The notes under the pieces were generated by a model. That model did not search any database and was not told where the DNA came from. It saw only the letters and a list, made by a program, of their open reading frames with translations. Both the position numbers and the translations under genes were made by a program. A DNA stretch of 62,256 bases, counting the filler, from Dugesia japonica (taxonomy: Eukaryota), in assembly GCA_001938525.1 (NCBI GenBank). It is 6 parts of 6 records of this genome, joined end to end, with 100 filler letters (N's around TTAATTAATTAA, not from the genome) between each part and the next. Parts side by side here need not be neighbours in the genome. Positions count along the whole stretch, not along the records: positions 1 to 10,122 come from MQRL01566045.1; positions 10,223 to 19,485 come from MQRL01621039.1; 4 more parts are not named here. One strand, written 5' to 3'. Position 1 is the first letter of the stretch. The number at the start of each line of letters is the position of its first letter. Below are positions 1 through 12,049 of this stretch, piece by piece.

Positions 1-29
1 TTAACATTTTTTCTATTGGTGATTTTATG

Positions 30-560
30 TTTACATATTTAGAATCAGTGAAAGATTCTCTATCGAATAAATACTTTGCTGACCAATTTTGGGATACATT
101 TTTAATTTTCGAAAAAAGTTACCAAATCTGAGAGGACGTCTGAATATCTTCGTTAGGAAGCATTTTTCCCGAGATGATATTTTAACTTTGTGCAGTCACT
201 TTTTCCTCCTGAGTAAAATAATACCAAATTTGAAACTATACGAATTATGNNNNNNNNNNNNNNNNNNNNNNNNNNNNNNNNNNNNNNNNNNNNNNNNNNN
301 NNNNNNNNNNNNNNNNNNNNNNNNNNNNNNNNNNNNNNNNNNNNNNNNNNNNNNNNNNNNNNNNNNNNNNNNNNNNNNNNNNNNNNNNNNNNNNNNNNNN
401 NNNNNNNNNNNNNNNNNNNNNNNNNNNNNNNNNNNNTATTTGTGAAAAATAATCTCCATCAAATTCTCCATCGATTGATGTAAAAATCTCGATAAAAAAT
501 TTTTTCAAAAGTTTTCGAAGTTTTGGATTTTTTCCCAGACTCGCACAAAAATTTGATTAA
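30..560 (-). repeat. Dispersed repeat, inverted copy of the family at ~39900-40750
   Basis: ATCGATTGATGTAAAAATCTCGA (~472-494) is the reverse complement of TCGAGATTTTTACATCAATCGAT (~39989-40011); TCAGTGAAAGATTCTCTATCGAATA near 46-70 matches the reverse complement of the GATAGAGAATxxxxCACTGATC motif repeated at 40100-40720. Confidence 0.65.
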
Positions 561-654
561 ACAAATTTAAAAATCGTAAAATTTAAACAAAATGACCTAA
601 TTTCACCAAGTTTACCACAAAAGTTTAAAATAATTTTAAAACACTTGAAAATTT

Positions 655-1045
655 CAGACCAAATTCGTCAGAACCAATCAAAATTCAACCTCATTCGACC
701 TTACCGAGGAAATTTTGGACCAATTTCACCTAAATCACCCAAAATCATCAATGCCGAGGAAACAAATTGACCAAAACGCCCAAAAATTACCCAAACCTGA
801 GGAAATATTTGACCAAATTCCCCTGAACCAGTCAAAAATTGACCAAATTCCCCTAAATCACCCAATATCATCAATGCCGAGGATAAAATTTGACCAAAGC
901 GCCCAAAAATTATCCAAACCAACCAATACCGAGGAAATAATTGACCAAATTAACCTGAACCATCCAAAAATCAACCTTACTGAGAAAGTTTTCGACCAAA
1001 TTCATCAGAACCAATCAAAATTCAACCTCATCGACCTCACCGACG
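655..1045. repeat. Degenerate tandem repeat (GACCAAATT..CC.(A)AA.CA.. units)
   Basis: Recurrent TTGACCAAATTCCCC / CCGAGGAAA / AACCAATCAAAATTCAACCTCAT units; explains repetitive ORFs 701-922 and 715-1059. Confidence 0.75.
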
Positions 1046-1056
1046 CAATTCCTAAC

Positions 1057-1376
1057 TAAAAAGCCTAAAAAATATTACCGCATAAAAAGCCTGAAAAATT
1101 TTCCCAACTAAATACAGAGGGAAAATGTAACACCACATTGCCGTCTAATAAGCTTGAAAAATTTTCCCAACTATATACACAGGGAAAAAGTAACACCACT
1201 TATGTAATAATTCTCGCGACAAGATTAATTACATTATGTAACGCACACAAATATGTGCCGCCGCCTATTTCAATTAGAAAAATTTAAAAACAATTATGTA
1301 ATAATCCGATTACGTATAGGGGGCGGGGGGTTTTACTGAATGTGTGCATGGTGCGGACTGCTACTATCTATCTACT
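1057..1376 (+). mobile_element. Polinton/Maverick terminal inverted repeat (element end ...CTACTATCTATCTACT)
   Basis: Highly similar copy at ~33570-33937, and both stop abruptly at CTACTATCTATCTACT (reverse complement AGTAGATAGATAGTAG), the AG/AGT short-repeat terminus typical of protein-primed Polintons; G-run subterminal. Confidence 0.75.
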
Positions 1377-3411
1377 TTTATACAAGGTGATGAAATTGTA
1401 ATTGATCATAATCACTGGAATGGTCATTTTAGAGGATATTCACATAAAGAATGTAATCAACAAGACAAGTCAATTAAAAATTATTTTGTTCCAGTTTATG
1501 CACACAATGCAGCAAAATTTGATAACCACTTTGTTTTTACCGAATTGTGTAAATTACATCCTTCTGAATTAAAAAATCTAATTCAGTTGTCTACAGATGT
1601 TTACATTTCATTTTTATTTTTACATTTTAAATTTCTAGATTCATACAGAATGTGTTCTGGTCATTCTGTAGAAGAAATGGGAATAGATTTAAGTATATCA
1701 AAAAATCACAAATATTTATCTTTACACAATTTACAACCAAAAAAAGGATTTTATCCATACAGTTACATTTCTGGAACTTGGTCAGAAATAGAAGAAAAAA
1801 TGTTAAATTACACTCCAGATATTAATCACTTTTTTAATTCTCTAAAACAACAACACATGACACAAGCAGATTATGAAATATTTAAAAATGAATATTCCAA
1901 ATTTAATAATCTATTGGAATATACATTATACTACATGAAACTAGATGTACTAATTCTTACGCATGTCTTTGAAAATTTCAAACAAGTATCAATAAATAGA
2001 AATGGAATAGATCCAACATATTGTTATTCTGCTCCAGGATTAACATGGGAAATGGGAATGAAGCCATCAAATATAGAATTAAAATTTCCCAAAGAATATA
2101 ATTATGATATATATCTAACCATTGAACAAGGACTACGTGGAGGTTATTCTAGTGTATGTGGTAATAAACATGTAGTGGCTGATGAACATCACACTATAAA
2201 ATGTCTAGATGAAAATGGTTTATATTCTGCATGCATGACTCAAAGATTACCATTTGGTCAAATGTGTTGGGCAAATGATTTATTATATCAAAAGACAACT
2301 AACGATTTTATAATAATAAAACATGAAAAAATTTATACAGATTATATTTACATGTTAGATTTACATTATCCCGATTCAATAAAAGAAAAAACAAAATATT
2401 ATCCACTAGGATTAGACAAACAAATTGTAAATTATAATCAACTATCAGATTATCAAAAGAAATTATTAGGGACTAGGAAACAAAATAAATATCCAAAATT
2501 AATCATGAATCAATTAGATAAAAAAAATTATGTATTACTAGGCACAGTATTAGATTTCTATCTTAAACAAGGAATGCAATTAGTGAAAGTGCACAAGAAA
2601 ATTATTATAAAAACTAAACACTGGCTTAAAGATTATATTGAATCAAATATTAAAAGTAGAAATATTGCTAAAGATAATAAAGATAATTTTCACAACAGTT
2701 TCTTTAAATTATTAAATAATGCATTTTATGGCAAAACTCTAGAAAATGTACGTAATCGTGAAAACTTACACTTGGCTACATCTGAAAGAATGATTAAAAA
2801 TTCTGCTTCAAAACCGGCATTCAAATCTTCAATTATAATTACTGACCAAGTTGCTTTGATTAAAAATTACAATTCATCAATCATGTATAATAAATTTCCC
2901 TACATTGGTTTCTTTGTTTTGGAATATGCAAAATTGATCATGTACAAGTTTGTATATCATGACATGGAAACTTTGATTCTAGGACAATACAAAATCCATT
3001 ATTCAGATACACATTCTCTAATGATGGAATTTATTCATCCTGATCAAACATGGAAGGAATTTAAAATTAAAATTCAACATTTATTTGGGGAAAATCTATT
3101 TCAAATGAAGGAAGAATTTCCAACTGAAGTAATTACTGAAGCCTTTTTCATCAAGGCAAAATCTTATTGTGTAGTAAAGGAAAAAGAACACACCAGACAC
3201 AAGGGAGTAAGTAAAACAAATCTCTTGATTAGTTTACATTATAAAAATGTCTTGCTAAATAATCCAAGGAATAAATTATTCTATAAATTCTAAATTACAT
3301 GTAGTAAAGAAAACTAAATAAGTGAAAAAAGCATTAACTCCTTTTGATGATAAAAGATACATTTTAAGTGATGGTATTACAACTTTACCATATGGTTATT
3401 ATAAAAATTAA
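1377..3411 (+). pseudogene. Polinton/adintovirus protein-primed DNA polymerase B (5'-truncated, frameshifted near the C-terminus)
   Basis: ORF 1344-3293: DHNHWNGHFRGYSHKECN (EndoVII-like), ExoII YAHNAAKFD, FKFLDSY, KGFYPY, ExoIII YYMKLDV, motif A LDENGLYSACM, motif B KLLNNAFYGK, motif C YSDTHSL (D>H), KAKSY; C-terminus continues in another frame 3301-3411 KKALTPFDDKRYILSDGITTLPYGY*. Confidence 0.93.
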
Positions 3412-3498
3412 AATTATACAAGCTCAACTAAAAATCCATTTTTGTAAATTATTCAAGTCGATTGAAAATCCATTTTGTAAAATACCAATTAAAAATTA

Positions 3499-3733
3499 GA
3501 GTAGATGAATAAAGGCGGAAATAGATGAACCTTTTATTTTTTCCAGTGAGTAGTCAATCAAACACTGATTTTTTATAGTTTACCATAATGAATTTTCATT
3601 TTTATTGCAAGAATTGACTAAAGTTTGAAAATTCATAATTGACATACCCCCAGGATCAATTTTCACTGTTTAATTGTAAAAAGTGGAGGGTATGGGGGGT
3701 GGGTCATCTATTTCCGGGTTTATTCATCTACTC
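3499..3733. mobile_element. MITE with ~33 bp terminal inverted repeats
   Basis: GAGTAGATGAATAAAGGCGGAAATAGATGAACC (3499-3531) vs GGGTCATCTATTTCCGGGTTTATTCATCTACTC (3701-3733). Confidence 0.85.
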
Positions 3734-4670
3734 AGCCTATCATATTAAAAACATGTAAATTCGGATATTTATTGAAGGATATTGATGAAGATGATATCTC
3801 GCATTTAGATAATGTATTGCCTACCATTCTTGTTTCTATTATCTTTGATAAATAAAATTTCAATTTATTTTTCTTAATTTTATATATTAATTTTATGATA
3901 TTTTTGGGGTTGAAATTGTAATATAATTATTCTAGAATTTCATTAATTAAAAAGAAATAATAATAATTATAATAAATTACATATTAATATTAAATTCAAA
4001 TTTTATTTTAAACGCGATTATTTTAAATGATTTTAATAACTAAAAAGTAATAATAATTTTGCTTATAAATGATCATATTTAAGGATAACAAATAAGTTTT
4101 AATTATTAAAATTAGAAGTAAAGATTTTTTGTCTTGGTTAATTTAAATAATTTATTAAATAAAATAAAACGATGATCATACTAATAATAATAATAGCTGG
4201 AGCTCATCATACATTGAACAATGTCTTTCATTGTGTGAAATCAATTCATTGTGATTTTTAAACTATGTGTACACTGTTTATATTTATGTAAATAAAAATT
4301 TACAATTTTTGTTTTATTGGCTAATAATAGTACTAATAAATAAAATAATTATAATGAGGCTTATCCTTGTCAATTCGAAAAATGATGCGTGGCGTTCATT
4401 TTACATTACTTTAATGTTTGATAAAAATTCCGGAAGTGTCGATCATGGTTTATTAATTTATTATTTTTTATTATATGTATCAATAATTTTACATTTGATT
4501 AATATAATTCATCATCATACATCTTTCATTCCAATATTTATTTTTTCGGAAGTGGTGCGCATGGTTCATTAATTTAATATTGTGTAAAGTAAATTAATTA
4601 TATGCATCAATAGTCTAAAATTTGATATATTGAATTAATTATCTATATCGTGTGAAATAAAATTATATTA

Positions 4671-6748
4671 TGTATAATGATATAAAAAATGGCGCTCGCA
4701 CATTATACGGAAATAATTATTATTTAATAATTTTGAGTCAATAGAATTTGAGTTAATTCTAGATAAAGATTTTTAAGCTACTATTCAATTATCATTTCTC
4801 TTTTTAAATTTAGAGTTGAAGTAGAAAAATAAATAATGTCTAAAAATATTAGTTCTGATTTGAATAACCAATTACCAATTGAAGATTTACCAAATATGGT
4901 GGCAGCGGTAAATAACGATTCTATTACAGAGAGGTTATCGCCAAAAGTGTTCTGTAGAAGAGATGATATTGACAAATTCATCAAGCGACGTGAATTTTAT
5001 ATTAAAGCTAAAAACATCACCTATGTGAAACAACAGGAGAGATTAGTCTCTTGTTTGTTAGATGAAAATTTGTTGAAAGAATATGTAAATACGTTTAAAA
5101 AAGTTGAAAGTTTCCAGGCTCAGTTAAGTATGGCATTTGAGAAAGTGTAAGATGTTATCAAAGATTTTCAAAATTTGATTAACTACAGGCATGGAAATGT
5201 AGAGATTCAAGTTTATTTTAAAAATGTAAAAGATTTAGTAAAAAGATTATTTACAAGTAAAGATTTTACTGAGGAAACAATGGTAGCAAAGATGCTAGTA
5301 TATTTTTCAGATAACAAAAAAGTTAAAGAAGAAGTAACTTTGCAAAAAGAAGAGAATATAGAAGAAATTGAAGACACGTTAACGTTAGTAGTTAGTTAGA
5401 GAAAAAATGAGATCAAGTCAATGCAGTTAGAAGTTACGCGAGAGTTACAAGTCAAAATTATCAGAAACCTGTAAATCACACCGTGAATAGACATGTGGAT
5501 CAAAAAAGGAAAAACAAAATATCAAATGTTGGTTATGTCATAAGATCGGTCATAATAAAGCAACTGTTCAACAAAAAAAGTGGTAGAGTGTTGGAGTTGT
5601 CATAAAACAGGACATATAAGTTGAGATTGTCCAAATAAAAAACCAACAAAATGTTTTTGTTGTGGAAAGGTTGGTCATATTAGAAGGTTATGTCAAGAAG
5701 TAAGGTGTAAACGATATGGTAATGGTGGACATTGAGCAAAAGAGTGCTACACAAATTTAAAAATGAAAAGAACAAGTGAGAAATTTATGAGTGCAGAAAG
5801 ATCAAGAAACCGATATAATCGAGTACATGAGATTGAAAATGAATATGTTAATACAAACGACGAATATGAGTAAGTGTATGAAAGTGATTCTGAAAGGCAG
5901 TACCCAAAAGGCAGAGCTCCACTAGTAGAGAAGTTGGTTGGAGCCATCCATTGTTAAATGAAGTTAGTAATTATCCTCAATGGGCCGAAAAGTGAGATGA
6001 AATAGTATAGAAAAGTATACAGGTTCTTAAAGTGGGAAAATTTTGCGGATGATAGAAAATTAGAATGGGTTGGAAAGGTTGAAGCAGAAAAGAAAACAAA
6101 TATGTCGTACCATAAATTGGACGGCAGACCAAGTGTTATGGTATCACTTCAAGGAAATAAAGAAGAATATTTATTAGATACAGGGGCTAGAGTTAACGTT
6201 ATGAGTTTCAGTTGCTTTAATAAATTACGAGAAAAGGATTTAAAAATGAGTGATGTAAGATTGTGTTGTGCAAATAATAGTACACTTGAAAATGTTGTGA
6301 AAGTTAAAATTGGAGTGATAATTGATGAAGTTTGCAAAGAGATTTCTTTCTAAGTTGCTGAAAAAGTGACACCAGATCTGATAGGAGGAATAGATATGCA
6401 GAAGATTTTTGGATATCAGCTTAAGCAAAGGATTGACAGCAAAATGGATGAAAAGTAGAAAATTACATTTGTAATATTGAAGGAAAATTTGGAAAACAAA
6501 TTAAAAAAGGAGAGCAATTAACAAGAGCTTTTAATATTTTGAAGATTAAAAAGGATCAACGGTTATTGAATATAATTGAAAGTAAAAAATATGCTTTTAT
6601 GGCAAATAATTAGGATGTAGAACGCACACATTCGATTAGACACAAAATAATCACATTGAACCAATCAATGTAAAACAGTATAGGCAACCAATGAACTTAG
6701 TTCTGATTTGAATAACCAATTACCAATTGAAGATTTACCTACCACACA
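4671..6748 (+). mobile_element. Internally deleted Ty3/Gypsy LTR retrotransposon (5'LTR, PBS, gag, protease, 3'LTR remnant)
   Basis: LTR ~4671-4896 matches solo copy 56465-56652; PBS at 4897; gag with four CCHC-like knuckles (5527-5746); protease LLDTGARVNV (ORF 6102-6353); LTR 3' end repeated at 6697-6748. Confidence 0.9.
4897..4909 (+). promoter_or_regulatory. Primer binding site, tRNA-Leu type
   Basis: TGGTGGCAGCGGT immediately after LTR end; complementary to the 3' end of eukaryotic tRNA-Leu(AAG/TAG) ...ACCGCTGCCACCA. Confidence 0.8.
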
Positions 6749-7529
6749 TCATATATAAATTATCTTAATACACACTTTCCGGAAATGACGTTAGCGCTTT
6801 ATTAATTTATAGTGTAATAACAGTTTACAGTTAGTGACGCTCAGGCTTCATTAATTTATTGTCAATTAATTTTCATGGTTAATTAAAAATTAATTATGTG
6901 TGAAGTGACCTGTCAATCATCTGGTCTGGTGCATATGCATCTACCTACTATAATAGAATTTATATTTACTCAGATTATCAATCTATTAGGTGAACAAGTA
7001 TGATTCCACCAATATTTTTGATTTAGGAAATCAATTGCAATGTAGATTCTGCCTATATTTTTATTACAAATATTTTCTGTCATTATTATCAATANNNNNN
7101 NNNNNNNNNNNNNNNNNNNNNNNNNNNNNNNNNNNNNNNNNNNNNNNNNNNNNNNNNNNNNNNNNNNNNNNNNNNNNNNNNNNNNNNNNNNNNNNNNNNN
7201 NNNNNNNNNNNNNNNNNNNNNNNNNNNNNNNNNNNNNNNNNNNNNNNNNNNNNNNNNNNNNNNNNNNNNNNNNNNNNNNNNNNNNNNNNNNNNNNNNNNN
7301 NNNNNNNNNNNNNNNNNNNNNNNNNNNNNNNNNNNNNNNNNNNNNNNNNNNNNNNNNNNNNNNNNNNNNNNNNNNNNNNNNNNNNNNNNNNNNNNNNNNA
7401 GAACTATTGCTAGTAACTATCTTTCTTACCTCATTAGGCTTTTTTGATCCCTCTACACACGCAATAAAATTTCGTTCCATGAAAACTGCGTTTAAATAAA
7501 TAAATTCAAGTTTCATTGCCTGTAACTAT

Positions 7530-7965
7530 GCGATGCAGGAAGGGCTTTTTTTCTTTATATCAAAATTTTGCACGTAGTCTTTCTCTGATGTTTATTTCTT
7601 TCTGTAAATTTATATGGCACTTACTTTCCATCCTTCTAAATGTTTCCCATATCACGTAATCAGTAGAAATGGATTTTATATATATTCAATGAAGCAACAA
7701 TAACTCTTGCGTTTGACAATCGTCTTTGTTCAATAACACTTGCAGTTCATCGTATTAAAATATATTTTGTGATTTCACATGTTCCTTTTTATTCATCTCT
7801 GGTTTTAAATCGTTAAAAGCTTTCTCGGCAAGTTCTTTCACCCAAAGAATGATTGCTACAAACTTCTACAAAAAATTTATGTACATCAATAGCACTGTTT
7901 TTTAAATTGAACAGAAACTGTAATGCTTCCCGAAAATGGTTATTTTTAGGCAAAAATGTTGTCAT
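7530..7965 (-). pseudogene. Mariner (Mos1-like) transposase N-terminal HTH remnant
   Basis: MTTFLPKNNHFREALQFLFNLKNSAIDVHKFFVEVCSNHSLGERTCRESF*RFK aligns with Mos1 MSSFVPNKEQTRTVLIFCFHLKKTAAESHRMLVEAFGEQVPTVKTCERWFQRFK; stops and frameshifts downstream. Confidence 0.85.
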
Positions 7966-8375
7966 ATTAAATCCAAAATAAATATTTTGTATTGTAAAAT
8001 TGTACGATATAAATAAATGGTGCTTAAATAACATATGTATATTACAAACACGGTTAGAATGATTTTTGTCGGGAATTGGAAAATGGTCATTGTAAACGAC
8101 TGAAAATTTTAAATCAGTATGGGATTATATTTAAAATTTTCTTTAAATATGCATCTTTTCTACAAAAATGTTTTTTAATTTCGCCTTGTATGCAGTANNN
8201 NNNNNNNNNNNNNNNNNNNNNNNNNNNNNCCACAACAACCTAGTGATGTCTCAGCTTGTATGTATTACGAATAAATAAATAAATTTAATTGACTTTAAAA
8301 TTTATTATCATTACATTTAAAATAACGACATTTTCTAAATTGTCTTTAATTTGTGGAACTCGATAAATTCTAATC

Positions 8376-9359
8376 TTAGACTTTTGATAATTCATCTCGA
8401 GCCTTTTGTAATCTATTGATTTTATTTTGTAAATTTATTCTTTCATCACGAACAATCCAATTTTCTTCAATTTTTATATTTGGGGATGCGGCAAACTCTG
8501 ACAATTTTCCTTTTAAGCTTTCGCTTAATTCCACATGTAAACATTGCCGAATCGACATTGGAATCAAATCAGACAAACGTGAGTTAACAATCTTTAGAAA
8601 AAATGAAACATAAAATAAAGTATTATGTTATTATAATAAAATATTAGTAATATACTNNNNNNNNNNNNNNNNNNNNNNNNNNNNNNNNNNNNNNNNNNNN
8701 NNNNNNNNNNNNNNNNNNNNNNNNNNNNNNNNNNNNNNNNNNNNNNNNNNNNNNNNNNNNNNNNNNNNNNNNNNNNNNNNNNNNNNNNNNNNNNNNNNNN
8801 NNNNNNNNNNNNNNNNNNNNNNNNNNNNNNNNNNNNNNNNNNNNNNNNNNNNNNNNNNNNNNNTTACATTTATTATCAATTAATTATTGAATCATTATTA
8901 TTTTAATTAAAAGCAAGTTTCCGTAATAGCCGACTCATCAACTTTTAAAACCAAATTAATCCAAAATTACTCGGCTTATACACGAGTATATACCGTAATA
9001 AAAACTTTTACACACCTTGCTTCTTCTCTAAGAACAAAAAGAGGCAAGGTTTTGTTTTCAACTGATGTAAAAATTTCTAAAAGCAAAAAAAACATGAATA
9101 AAATAATAATTAATTATTTGAAAAATTAATTAAAAAATTAATAAATAAATAATTTAATTAATAATAAATAATTACTTAATTAATTCATTAATAATTAGTA
9201 ATTTTAAAAAATTAATAAATAAATTAATTATAATTAATAACCATTTTCCTTCTCAAATGTAGAATCCATGGTGAATACAAGCATTTCTTCTTCGAATATA
9301 ATATTTATTCTTTCACTACTTATTTTATAGAATTCCTCCAATTGATTAAGAACAATTTG
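8376..9359 (-). CDS. Mx-like dynamin-superfamily GTPase, 3' exons (9359-9242, 9076-9016, [exon likely in N gap 8657-8863], 8591-8376)
   Basis: GT-AG bounded exons, first two phase-compatible; stalk SVKRINIIFEEEMLVFTMDSTF (cf. Mx LIRLHFQMEQIVYCQD) and GED IVNSRLSDLIPMSIRQCL...IEENWIVRDERINLQNKINRLQKARDELSKV*. Confidence 0.8.
8918..8997. mobile_element. Probable pogo/Tigger-type MITE end in Mx intron
   Basis: CGGCTTATACACGAGTATATACCGTA resembles Tc1/mariner-superfamily MITE termini. Confidence 0.4.
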
Positions 9360-9513
9360 CTACAAATTTACTTTAATATATAAATATTAATGATTATTAA
9401 TATAATTCATTTATTTATCAAATACATTTGAACCATTTGTTGTTTTTATTTTCTTTATTAATTAATATAAAAAATTGTTAAAAATTATTATCACTAATAT
9501 TAATAAAAATTCG

Positions 9514-10122
9514 NGCAACATCAACTCAAAACCTCTAGAAACCTGTTGTCCATTGTTATTAGGAAACTGAATTATCTAACAAGAATCATATAAAAGTGCC
9601 TCTAATGAATATGGTTTATAATAATAACATTTTCACCTTTAATCAAATAACACTCTCTTCAGACAAGTTATTTCTAGTTATTTCTTTACTATACCTTAAT
9701 TTAAAATACATCTTTTCAATGTCTTTATTATTTTTAAAATCTTTAAAAAGGTATAATACCTGCACTATTCATATCATTCTTTAACTTATTGAAAACCAAA
9801 TCTTTTTGCCACTTCTAAATTTTCAAATTCAATAACATAATCATGATATTACTATTACTATCATATCGTAACCATTAACTATTTCAATTTCTTGATCCTC
9901 AAAAATCAATTTATTATCTCCGTTTGAAATAAAAACAAGAATATTCTTAGTTTCTGATTTTCCAGTATCTATTTTAACCATTGCTTTGCTGTAAAGTGGA
10001 AATGTATTATATAGAAAAGTAAAGTCCATCAATATTACTTACTAATTTCCCTTCAAGTAAATAGGATTATCAAGTTCAACTATAAATTTACTGGCTTTAT
10101 TATCTGGATGAATACGTGGACA
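9514..10122 (-). pseudogene. Polinton minor capsid (penton)-like gene remnant
   Basis: CPRIHPDNKASKFIVELDNPIYLKGN**VILMDFTF matches the Polinton penton N-terminal pattern PxNxxxxFxxxLxxPIxLxGxWxVxLxE; truncated by contig end. Confidence 0.7.
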
Positions 10123-10222
10123 NNNNNNNNNNNNNNNNNNNNNNNNNNNNNNNNNNNNNNNNNNNNTTAATTAATTAANNNNNNNNNNNNNNNNNNNNNN
10201 NNNNNNNNNNNNNNNNNNNNNN
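10123..10222. other. Artificial contig spacer (N-TTAATTAATTAA-N)
   Basis: 100-nt block with six-frame stop linker; recurs at 19486, 33402, 42986, 52978. Confidence 0.95.
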
Positions 10223-10295
10223 ATTTTATATAAATGTCGACCCCCCTAGATTCAATAACATAAATCGTCAACATAAAAAAGGGTAAAACCCCAAC
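10223..10295 (+). mobile_element. LTR terminus (…GACCCCCCTAGATT…AGGGTAAAACCCCAACA)
   Basis: Same terminus at 37650-37744 (+) and 33102-33190 (-), all ending CCCCAACA. Confidence 0.7.
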
Positions 10296-10299
10296 ACTT

Positions 10300-11965
10300 C
10301 TATAATTTGTTTATCTAGTGAGCGACTATAAATGGGAATTGGTACTAGATAAGAGAACTAACCGGATGATATTCAAACGTTCTCGAATCCTTTCAATAAA
10401 TCGGTCGGCATATTAGTGGACCGATCAAATTTATCTTCTAAAAATTTATCTGATGAAAGACGTTGGGACGTGATGGAATGACAATCCTATCATACATGGA
10501 CAAGCCCTAACTGTAATGTTGAGACACTAACTTACACCACGACTTCCACAGTAGTTGCTTCAGGAGAACGCCATTACCATGGGGAATGGCAGACGGACTA
10601 CTCTACAACTACTCTTCTTCCTATGCATTCTCTTACTCCCTTCAAAATGAGTGAATTAATTGAGGATATGTTATGGAGTGCGAGGAGCTCCAATAGTGAA
10701 TCCTAATATCTTTTGTTTATTTAGTGTAATAAATCTTTCTGTTCAGTTTTCACATAAGTGTTAATAATTCAGATTTATTTCGATAAAAATTAGATTAGCT
10801 TTTTATGTTGTTCTTGAATGAGTTATGTTCCTTAATCATGGCGTTATAATAACATAGAATATACTGACTGCTGCTTTCATCTTATTACGTTTATTAATTT
10901 ACTCTTCTATCTTTAGTGAACTCTTTACGCCAGCGAGCTATTTTTTCCAAAAAACAGATACGCAAAGATAGTGAGGACATCAGCATGTCCTGGGATTTGT
11001 ATCGCCTGAACAAAAGAAAATGAGAGGCGGAGATTACTACTGCTGAGACCAAAGTTAGCCGTTACAAGTCCTGTTGTCGTGAACATCGGTTGGAAGCGGA
11101 AGCTTCACACTCACAGGAGCGCGTCTGGACGCACCAGCTTGAATAATTCGCTGATGTCATCCGGTCCCTTCATGTCCGTGAAAATAAACTGGTCTTTGAT
11201 CTTGTGGAGTTGCGTAAGTGCATTCCTTTAGAACCGCTTATGGTTGATTAATCAACACAGATCCATCGTTTCTGACGTGGTTATGATATTCTGCTTCAGT
11301 ACAAGCTAAAATTGTTATAGAAATAAAACTTCATGGAGTTAAACTCCTATTCTTGATTTATAATTTAAATTTTCTAATTTAAGTCCTTTTATGCTCCAAT
11401 TATGATTGATTGTATTTCTGTTTAGTGCCAACAATAGTCTTCCAAATAGTCTACGCCGCTGTCAAAAAATTATTCAAAACTGTTGTTGGAACGACAATTT
11501 TCCAAACGACGTGAACGATCGCTGTTGCACCATCTATCTCAGAGCAATAGACTAATAAAGAAATTAGAAAAAGTGAATAAAAACAAGATTAATTGGCAAA
11601 TCTAGTAAAATGACTCCTTTCTCACAAAATTAATTTGTTGGAAAGGTACATCACTGACCTTTCCATCTGCTTAGAGCTCGAAACGTGGATACGGTGGAAC
11701 AGTGATGACGACGAGGCCGCATTCGACTTTTCAAATGGTGAGCCAGCCCAGAGGCTCTAAATTTCATGAAGATTAAAATGTTTGTACAAAATACATTTTT
11801 CTTACAAATTTATTAAATTAATTGGGGAAATCTTAAACCCTAATTAAAGGTGTACAAGTGTGAACTCTAAGTAAGTGCAGGGAGTCAACCACTTTACACC
11901 AAAAACCTAAATAAGGACTTTAGGTAAATTCTTCGAGGGGTTTCCTGGGGGTTGTTTTTTCCCAC
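10300..11965 (+). mobile_element. Probable long LTR followed by tRNA-Arg-type PBS
   Basis: GC-richer non-coding block ending ...TTTTCA-AA then TGGTGAGCCAGCC (11736-11748), close to tRNA-Arg(ACG) PBS TGGCGAGCCAGCC. Confidence 0.5.
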
Positions 11966-12049
11966 AGCCATAGTTTTCTTATCCTGAACTCAGGTTGTAC
12001 CAAAACAATATTATTGATTTAATTTTAATAAACTTTGATAATGTTCTCT

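Noticed and set aside
89-508. ORFs spanning N runs (also 6990-7516, 8631-8879, 16307-16531, 60862-61083, 61651-61842)
   Set aside because: Length is due to X residues from gaps
701-1059. ORFs with DQIPLN repeats
   Set aside because: Translations of a degenerate DNA tandem repeat open on both strands
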